This document shows positions 54,001 to 64,000 of a stretch of 64,000 nucleotides of DNA, one piece after another (positions within the stretch are counted from its first letter, which is position 1; every line of letters begins with the position of its first letter). The position numbers were made by a program, and so were the translations under genes. Origin of the DNA: Haliotis cracherodii (taxonomy: Eukaryota); the NCBI RefSeq assembly GCF_022045235.1, contig NW_027266269.1, forward strand, positions 310,001-374,000. The letters are read 5' to 3'. The notes beneath the pieces were generated by a model, which was not told the origin of the DNA, ran no database searches, and saw nothing but the letters and a program-made list of their open reading frames with translations.

Positions 54001-57000
54001 TAGTGTCGTGGTACACGTCCTTGTCATCTGATCAGACAAACAAGAACATCCATACATACTACACTTGTATGTTTGTAGTTTTGTCCTAACATCAGGTTTA
54101 CAACCATGCATACAACCCTGGGTAGCCACGTGTCTTACATGTTTAGAGATAAATAAGGAGGAACATCCAGGTATACAACCATGCATAAAATACCGGGTAG
54201 CCACGTGACTTACATGTTTAGAGATACATAAGGAGGAACATCCAGGTATGCGACCATGCACACAGTCCCGGGGAGCCACGTGTCTTACATGTTTACAGAT
54301 ACATAAGGAGGAACATCCAGGTATACGACCATGCATACAATCCCGGGTACCCACGTGTCTTACATGTTTAGAGATATATAAGGAGGAACATCCAGGTATG
54401 CGACCATGCATACAGTCCCAGGTAGCCACGTGTCTTACATGTTTAGAGATACATAAGGAGGAACATCCAGGTATACAACCGTGCATACAATCCCAGGTAG
54501 CCACGTGTCTTACATGTTTAGAGATACATAAGGAGGAACATCCACATATACAACCATGCATACAATCCCGGGAAATCACGTGTCTTACATGTTTAGAGAT
54601 ACATAAGGAGGAACATCCAGGTATACAACCATGCATACAGTCCCGGGTAGCCACGTGTCTTACATGTTTAGAGATACATAAGGAGGAACATCCAGGTATA
54701 CAACCATGCATAAAATCCCGGGTAGCCACGTGTCTTACATGTTTAGAGATACATAAGGAGGAACATCCAGGTATACAACCATGCATACAATCCCGGGTAG
54801 CCACGTGTCTTACATGTTTAGAGATACATAAGGAGGAACATCCAGGTATACAACCATGCATACAATCCCGGGTAGCCACATGTCTTACATGTTTAGAGAT
54901 ACATAAGGAGGAACATCCAGGTATACAACCATGCATACAGTCCCGGGGAGCCACGTGTCTTACATGTTTAGAGATACATAAGGAGGAACATCCAGGTATA
55001 CAACAATGCATACAATCCCGGGTAGCCACGTGTCTTACATGTTTAGAGATACATAAGGAGGAACATCCAGGTATACAACCATGCATACAGTCCCGGGTAG
55101 CCACGTGTCTTACATGTTTACAGATACATAAGGAGGAACATCCAGGTATACAACAATGCATACAATCCCGGGTAGCCACGTGTTTTACATGTTTAGAGAT
55201 ACATAAGGAGGAACATCCAGGTATACGACCATGCATACAGTCCCGGGGAGCCACGTGTCTTACATGTTTAGAGATACATAAGGAGGAACATCCAGGTATA
55301 CAACAATGCATACAATCCCGGGTAGCCACGTGTCTTACATGTTTACAGATACATAAGGAGGAACATCCAGGTATACAACCATGCATACAATCCCGGGTAG
55401 CCTCGTGTCTTACATGTTTAGAGATACATAAGGAGGAACATCCAGGTATGCAACCATGCATACAGTCCCGGGGAGCCACGTGTCTTACATGTTTAGAGAT
55501 ACATAAGGAGGAACATCCAGGTATACAACAATGCATACAATCCCGGGTAGCCACGTGTCTTACATGTTTAGAGATACATAAGGAGGAACATCCAGGTATA
55601 CAACCATGCATACAGTCCCGGGTAGCCACGTGTCTTACATGTTTACAGATACATAAGGAGGAACATCCAGGTATACAACAATGCATACAATCCCGGGTAG
55701 CCACGTGTTTTACATGTTTAGAGATACATAAGGAGGAACATCCAGGTATACGACCATGCATACAGTCCCGGGGAGCCACGTGTCTTACATGTTTAGAGAT
55801 ACATAAGGAGGAACATCCAGGTATACAACAATGCATACAATCCCGGGTAGCCACGTGTCTTACATGTTTACAGATACATAAGGAGGAACATCCAGGTATA
55901 CAACCATGCATACAATCCCGGGTAGCCTCGTGTCTTACATGTTTAGAGATACATAAGGAGGAACATCCAGGTATACAACCATGCATACAGTCCCGGGTAG
56001 CCTCGTGTCTTACATGTTTACAGATACATAATGAGGAACATCCAGGTATACAACAATGCATACCATCCCGGGTAGCCACGTGTCTTACATGTTTAGAGAT
56101 ACATAAGGAGGAACATCCAGGTATACAACCATGCATACAATCCCGGGTAGCCACGTGTTTTACATGTTTAGAGATACATAAGGAGGAACATCCAGGTATA
56201 CAACAATGCATACAATCCCGGGTAGCCACGTGTTTTACATGTTTAGAGATACATAAGGAGGAACATCCAGGTATACAACCATGAATACAATCCCGGGAAG
56301 CCACGTGTCTTACATGTTTAGAGATACATAAGGAGGAACATCCAGGTATACGACCATTCATACAATCCTGGGAAATCACGTGTCTCACATGTTTAGAGAT
56401 GCATAAGGAGGAACATCTTGGAGTGTGAGTGAGAGAGTTGGGTTTTACGCCACTTTTAACTGTATTTCAGTTATAACACAGTGTGTCAACTTAATGCGGG
56501 AGGAAAGCCCGAAGTGATGAAGGTTTCAGATGTTTGCCAGTTCGGTGAAACCAACGAACACGGGGATGGTGCTGACAAACCTTGAAACATAATCGGGGCG
56601 AACCGGGATTCGAACCCACAATCATAGTTTTCTGGAATACCCAAGCGACGCAACCCTGCACAGTGCACCGCGTCGCCTTAGACGACTTTCGCCACCCGTG
56701 CCCCCAGGAACATATTGGATGAAATGAACACTGTTCAAGGGTAGGTTATATGTGAAGGGTTATTATGGACATTTACATACATTTATATCAAAGCTAAGCT
56801 CACAGTATTGGTTACAGACATACTCACACGATGCGTGTTTACAGCCGACCATTTCACAATCTTCATCAGTTCCATTGCAGGGTGGACATTCACACTTCGG
56901 ACCAACATATGGAGCGTGACACTCAGTACATTCTCCTGCCGTCCTGTTGCAGGACTTGCACCTACTTGAACACGTCTTACAGCCAGTCCCATAGTAGGAG

Positions 57001-57937
57001 TCTACACATCCAGACACACAGGAGGAGCCCAGCTGACAATATCCTCCACCACACCCACCTGGACATGCTGTACAGCCACCTCCTGGGTTGTCACATGGTA
57101 TGTTGCAGGCTGTACCCTGATATCCCGATACGCAACCGTCAGTGCAGTTGCCATTGCCATTGCTTGAAAGTACGCATTTCCTTTTCAAACAATTATTACT
57201 GCAAACAGAACTGCATCTCGTACCATAATACCCAATGGTACACTGGAGGCAGTATCCCGTCGTGCTGTCACACTGTGAACAACGTTTGATGTCCTTGCAT
57301 GGTGGGGCTGGAGATACGGATCTTGTATTCATCGCTGGGAATTGAATTTAAACACTTGAGTTAGTATGCACGGTGCATTCAAGTATATTACATAATGAAT
57401 AAGATAAGTCTGCCTGTCGACATGAAAATTAATCTGAAAAACAACAAACGTCAAACTTGTCTTGTTTTAATAAAGACACTCAGAAAAACTAAAACGGAAA
57501 CGACTGGCTCTGTCACTATCCATGGTTGGTCCATCCTACTGAGGGGACACAGGTGGCCCAGTCGACTAAGGCGCTGCGATTCCCTGTGCAGCGTTGCGTC
57601 GCTTGGGCACGTCAGAGACCTATAATTGTGGGTTCGAATCCCGGTTCTAGGTTTGTCAGCACCATCCCCGTGCTCGTTGGTTTCACCGAAGTGGTAAACG
57701 TCTGAGACCTGCATCACTTCGGGTTTTCCTCCCACATTAAACTAACACGCCGTGATATAACTGGAATACTGTTAAAAACGGCGTTACACCCAACTCACTC
57801 ACTCACTTACCTGATACATCCTACTAGCATTACATTGAGGCCTACTGCAGGTTTATTTAGGTGAACTGTCCTCCGTCATTCTCACCTTGTGCGGAAACAA
57901 GAGTCGACATCAAGAACAGCATAATTGACTCGGTCAT
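51005..57937 (-). CDS. Gene E: EGF-like type-I membrane receptor, close paralog of gene C, with duplicated Tyr-motif tail exons (about 312-352 aa)
   Basis: 57937-57886: signal MTESIMLFLMSTLVSAQ. 57334-56777: EGF. 53438-53315: TM. 51688-51536: tail copy 1 (or read-through to the stop at 51484). 51176-51005: tail copy 2. Both tail exons have phase-2 acceptors. Confidence 0.72.
51760..52460. repeat. (TG)-rich low-complexity region containing an assembly gap (52214-52369)
   Basis: Directly visible. Confidence 0.9.
54100..56418. repeat. 75-bp minisatellite, about 31 copies, in an intron of gene E
   Basis: Same unit as 32170-32772. Confidence 0.95.
56420..56705 (-). mobile_element. SINE family A
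   Basis: Duplicate of 32780-33063. Confidence 0.85.
57543..57806 (+). mobile_element. SINE family A
   Basis: Duplicate of 33884-34149. Confidence 0.85.
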
Positions 57938-59339
57938 ACTTGTTCTGAGGAAATAGATGTGATCATGAATATATACAATAAACATGTTTTATTAAATTCA
58001 TGTTGTTGGCAAAGATAACACACATTTTCATGCCACACAATGTAAATATGACACAGCTGCATGTAATGCTACTTACTTGAAATCCCGGATTGCCCTTGGG
58101 TGGAAGAAAACAGACAGCATAGTTTGTTCGTTGCCCGAGCTTATTTATGAAACTTGTGAACGAATTAGTGGGATTCACTTTTTTATTCCTTATTTACAAG
58201 GAAATCTTACTACACGCTTTTGTCGAAAAATCAACTGCATTTGAATAAACCCATGCGATCGACATGTCCGTGTTTGTATTTAAAGATAAAGTTACCACTC
58301 AGATTCGTCATTACGGGGCAATGGTAGTGCAGGGTTAAAATATAAAATGAAGTATATCATGTGTTGACTGTTTAACGTCACACTCGTCAATATTGCACCT
58401 ACATGACAGTGATCTGCACATAGTCGAGTCTGAACCAGGCAATCCTGTGATTACACCATGCACATCAATCCATGACATTGGGAAACGATGATACGTAAGG
58501 ACCAAGGTCAGCGAGTTTTATCACACGATCCAGACTGACACGTTGACAGCCTCAATGTGACCTCTGTGTTGTGTGATTGTATGTGGCATGTGATCTATGT
58601 CATGCAGCATGTGGTATGACATGCGTCATATGTGATATGTGCCATGTGTCATATGATATGTGATGTGTAAATTGGCACATATGGCATGTGATATTTGATA
58701 TGTGAAATACGGCATGTGATATGTGATATGTGGTATGTGAAATGTGGCAGGTGATATGTGATGTGTGATATGTGACATACGGCATGTGATATCTGGTATT
58801 TGAGATGTGGCTTGTTATATGTGATATGTGAAATACGGTATGTGGTATCTGGTATTTGAGATGTGGCATGTGATATGTGATATGTGAAATGTGGCATGTA
58901 TTATGTGATATAAGAAATATGACATGTGGTATCTGGTATTTGAGATGTGGCATGTGATATGTGATATGTGAAATGTAGCATGTGATATGTGATATGTGAA
59001 ATATGGCATGTGGTATCTGGTATTTGAGATGTGACATGTGATATGTGATATGTGAAATACAGCATGTGGTATCTGGTATTTGAGGTGTGGCATGTGATAT
59101 GTGATATGTGAAATGTGGCATGTATTATGTGATATGTGAAATACGGCATGTGGTATCTGGTATTTGAGATGTGGCATGTGGTATCTGGTATTTAAGATGT
59201 GGCATGTGATATGTGATGTGTGAAATATGGCATGTGCTATATAGTATTTAAAATGTGGAATGTGGTATGTACATGTAGAATGTGAACTGTTGCATGCCAC
59301 ATGTGAAAGGTAAAATGTCAAATGTGACATTTGTCATGT

Positions 59340-62300
59340 GGTATGTGAAATGTAGTCTGTGGTGCTTGACATTTGAAATGTTGCATGTGACATATGACAT
59401 GTGAAATGCGGCCTGTGATGCTTGACATTTGAAATGTTGCATGTAACATATGACATGTGAAATCCAGCCTGTGGTGCTTGACATTTGAAATGTTGCTTGT
59501 AACATATGACATGTGAAATGCGGCCTGTGGTGCTTGACATTTGAAATGTTGCATGTAACATATGACATGTGAAATGCGGCCTGTAATGCTTGACATTTGA
59601 AATGTTGCATGTAACATATGACATGTGAAAGCGGCCTGTGGTGCTTGACATTTGAAATGTTGCATGTAACATATGACATGTGAAATGCTGCCTGTGGTGC
59701 TTGACATTTGAAATGTTGCATGTAACATATGACATGTGAAATGCGGACTGTGGTGCTTGACATTTGAAATGTTGCATGTGACATATGACATGTGAAATGT
59801 GGCCTGTGATCCTTGACATTTGAAATGTTGCATGTGACATATGACATGTGAAATATAGCCTGTGTTGCTTGACATTTGAAGTGTTGCATGTGACATATGA
59901 CATGTGAAATGCAGCCTGTGGTTCTTGACATTTGAAATGTTGCATGTGACATATGACATGTGAAATGCAGCCAGTAGTGCTTGACATTTGAAATGTTGCA
60001 TGTGACATACGACATGTGAAATGCAGCCTGTGGTGCTTGACATTTGAAATGGTTTATGTGACATATGGCATGTGAAATGCGGCCAGTGGTGCTTGACATT
60101 TGAAGTGTTGCATGTAACATTTGACATGTTAAATGCGGCCTGTGGTGCTTGACATTTGAAGTGTTGCTTGTGACATATGACATGTAAAATGTGGCCTGTG
60201 GTGCTTGACATTTGAAATGTTGCTTGTGACATATGACATGTGAAATGCGGCCTGTGGTGCTTGACATTTGAAAAGGTTTATTTGACATATGACATGTGAA
60301 ATGCAGCCTGTGGTGCTTGACATTTGAAATGTTGCTTGTAACATATGACATGTGAAATGCGGCCTGTGTTGCTTGACATTTGAAATGTTGCTTGTGACAT
60401 ATGACATGTGAAATGCAGCCTGTGGTGCTTGACATTTGAAATGTTGCTTGTGACATATGACATGTGAAATGCGGCATGTGGTGCTTGACATTTGAAATGT
60501 TACTTTTGACATATGACATGTGAAATGCGGCCTGTGGTGCTTGACATTTGAAAAGGTTTATGTGACATATGACATGTGAAATGTGGCCTGTGATGCTTGA
60601 CATTTGAAATGTTGCATGTGACATATGACATGTGAAATGCGGCCTGTGATGCTTGACATTTGAAATGTTGCATGTAACATATGACATGTGAAATGTGGCC
60701 TGTGATGCTTCACATTTGAAATGTTGCATGTGACATATGACATGTGAACTGGGGCCTGTGATGCTTGACATTTGAAATGTTGCATGTAACATATGACATG
60801 TGAATTGCGGCCTGTGATGCTTGACATTTGAAATGTTGCATGTAACATATGACATGTGAAATGCGGCCTGTGATGCTTGACATTTGAAATGTTGCATGTG
60901 ACATATGACATGTGAAATGCGGCCTGTGATGCTTGACATTTGAAATGTTGCATGTGACATATGACATGTGAAATATAGCCTGTGTTGCTTGACATTTGAA
61001 GTGTTGCATGTGACATATGACATGTGAAATGCGGCCTGTGGTTCTTGACATTTGAAATGTTGCATGTGACATATGACATGTGAAATACAGCCAGTAGTGC
61101 TTGACATTTGAAATGTTGCATGTGACATATGACATGTGAAATGCAGCCTGTGGTGCTTGACATTTGAAATGGTTTATGTGACATATGGCATGTGAAATGC
61201 GGCCAGTGGTGCTTGACATTTGAAGTGTTGCATGTAACATTTGACATGTTAAATGCGGCCTGTGGTGCTTGACATTTGAAGTGTTGCTTGTGACATATGA
61301 CATGTAAAATGTGGCCTGTGGTGCTTGACATTTGAAATGTTGCATGTGACATATGACATGTGAAATGCGGCCTGTGGTGCTTGACATTTGAAAAGGTTTA
61401 TTTGACATATGACATGTGAAATGCGGCTGTGGTGCTTGACATTTGAAATGTTGCGTGTAACATATGACATGTGAAATGCAGCCTGTGTTGCTTGACATTT
61501 GAAATGTTGCTTGTGACATATGACATGTGAAATGCAGCCTGTGGTGCTTGACATTTGAAATGTTGCTTGTGACATATGACATGTGAAATTCGGCATGTGG
61601 TGCTTGACATTTGAAATGTTACTTTTGACATATGACATGTGAAATGCGGCCTGTGGTGCTTGACATTTGAAAAGGTTTATGTGACATATGACATGTGAAA
61701 TGTGGCCTGTGATACTTGACATTTGAAATGTTGCATGTGACATATGACATATGAAATGCGGCCTGTGGTGCTTGACATTTGAAATGTTGCATGTAACATA
61801 TGACATGTGAAATATAGCCTGTGTTGCTTGACATTTGAAGTGTTGCATGTGACATATGACATGTGAAATGCGGACTGTGGTTCTTGACATTTGAAATGTT
61901 GCATGTGACATATGACATGTAAAATGCAGCCAGTAGTGCTTGACATTTGAAATGTTGCATGTGACATATGACATGTGAAATGCGGCCTGTGGTGCTTGAC
62001 ATTTGAAATGGTTTATGTGACATATGGCATGTGAAATGCGGCCTGTGGTGCTTGACATTTGAAGTGTTGCATGTAACATTTGACATGTTAAATGCAGCCT
62101 GTGGTGCTTGACATTTGAAGTGTTGCTTTTGACATATGACATGTGAAATGCTGCCTGTGGTGCTTGACATTTGAAATGTTGCATGTGACATATGACATGT
62201 GAAATGTAGCCTGTGATGCTTGACATTTGAAATGTTGTATGTAACATATGACATGTGAAATGCGGGCTGTGGTACTTGACATTTGAAATGGTTTATGTAA

Positions 62301-64000
62301 CATATGACATGTGAAATGCGGACTGTGGTTCTTGACATTTGAAATGTTGCTTGTGACATATGACATGTGAAATGCGGGCTGTGGTGCTTGACATTTGAAA
62401 TGTTGCATGTGACATATGATATGCGAAATGCGGCCTGTGATGCTTAACATTTGAAATGTTGCATGTAACATATGACATGTGAAATGCAGCCTGTGTTGCT
62501 TGACATTTGAAGTGTTGCTTGTAACATATGACATGTGAAATGCGGCCTGTGGTTCTTGACATTTGAAATGTTGCATGTGACATATGACATGTGAAATGCG
62601 GCATGTGGTGCTTGACATTTGAAATGTTGCTTCTGACGTATGACTGTGAAATGCGGCCTGTGGTGCTTGACATTTGAAATGTTGCTTGTGACATATGACA
62701 TGTGAAATGCGGCATGTGGTGCTTGACATTTGAAATGTTGCTTGTGACATATGACATGTGAAATGCGGCCTGTGGTGCTTGACATTTGAAAAGGTTTATG
62801 TGACATATGACACGTGAAATGTGGCCTGTGATGCTTGACATTTGAAATGTTGCTTGTGACATATGACATGTGAAATGTGGCCTGTCATGCTTGACATTTG
62901 AAATGTTGCATGTAACATATGACATGTGAAATGCGGCCTGTGGTTCTTGACATTTGAAATGTTGCATGTGACATATGACATGTGAAATGCGGCCTGTGTT
63001 GCTTGACATTTGAAATGTTGCATGTGACATATGACATGTGAAATGCGGCCTGTGGTGCTTGACATTTGAAATGTTGCATGTAACATATGACATGTGAAAT
63101 GCGGCCTGTGTTGCTTGACATTTGAAGTGTTGCATGTGACATATGACATGTGAAATGCAGCCAGTAGTGCTTGACATTTGAAATGTTGCATGTGACATAT
63201 GACATGTGAAATGCGGCCTCTGGTGCTTGACATTTGAAATGGTTTATGTGACATATGGCATGTGAAATGCGGCCTGTGGTGCTTGACATTTGAAGTGTTG
63301 CATGTAACATTTGACATATTAAATGCGGCCTATGGTGCTTGACATTTGAAGTGTTGCTTGTGACATATGACATGTGAAATCCGGCCTGTGGTGCTTGACA
63401 TTTGAAATGTTGCTTCTGACATATGACATGTGAAATGCAGCCTGTGGTGCTTGACATTTGAAAAGGTTTGTGTGACATATGACATGTGAAATGCGGCATG
63501 TGATGCTTGACATTTGAAATGCTGCGTGTAACATATGACATGTGAAATGCGGCCTGTGATGCTTGACATATGAAATGTTGCATGTAACATATGACATGTG
63601 AAATGCGGCCTGTGGTGCTTGATATTTGAAATGTTGCATGTGACATATGACATGTGAAATGTAGCCTGTGATGATTGACATTTGAAATGTTGCATGTAAC
63701 ATATGACATGTGAAATGCGGCCTGTGGTACTTGACATTTGAAATGGTTTATGTAACATATGACATGTGAAATGCGGCCTGTGGTGCTTGACATTTGAAAA
63801 GGTTTATGTGACATTTGACATGTGAAATGTGGCCTGTGATGCTTGACATTTGAAATGTTGCATGTGACATATGACATATGAAATGCGGCCTGTGGTGCTT
63901 GACATTTGAAATGTTGCATGTGACATATGACATGTGAAATGAGGCCTGTGGTGCTTGACATTTGAAATGTTGCATGTAACATATGACATGTGAAATATAG
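59340..64000. repeat. 56-bp satellite, more than 80 copies, running off the window end
   Basis: Unit gacatgtgaaatgcggcctgtggtgcttgacatttgaaatgttgcatgtgacatat; preceded by a related degenerate array at 58570-59340. Confidence 0.97.

Larger units (their letters stand above)
53105..59350. repeat. Segmental duplication, copy 2 (gene E block)
   Basis: Colinear with 31365-36420. Confidence 0.9.

Noticed and set aside
53956-56388. 810-aa (-) and 678-aa (+) Cys/His-rich ORFs as real proteins
   Set aside because: They come from a 75-bp (multiple of 3) satellite open on both strands. The paralogous array in gene C has in-frame stops, and no phase-compatible acceptor was found.
58600-63989. Many overlapping His/Cys/Met-rich ORFs (also 35550-36419)
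   Set aside because: Translations of the 56-bp and heptamer satellites in all frames.

Overview
Repeat-rich, intron-containing animal genomic DNA. The SINE families and gene types suggest a mollusc, plausibly an abalone-like gastropod; this is an inference. Manual exon reconstruction shows five head-to-tail minus-strand genes for type-I membrane receptors with Cys-rich MEGF10/SCARF/CED-1-like EGF ectodomains (genes A-E). Genes A, C, D and E have short cytoplasmic tails with tyrosine motifs. Gene B (10878-19286, 9 coding exons, 1404 aa) joins a signal peptide, EGF ectodomain and TM helix through phase-compatible small exons to an intracellular STAND-class P-loop NTPase (nSTAND3-like) and about 19-20 ankyrin repeats, i.e. 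a candidate transmembrane NLR-like receptor. The cluster also shows tail swapping at a shared phase-2 intron, triplicated splice donors on TM exons, an in-frame TGA, minisatellites born from stop-codon regions and from a decayed EGF exon, many tRNA-derived SINEs with target-site duplications, and several satellites. Most long ORFs in the supplied track are satellite artefacts. All splice models are predictions from sequence alone.
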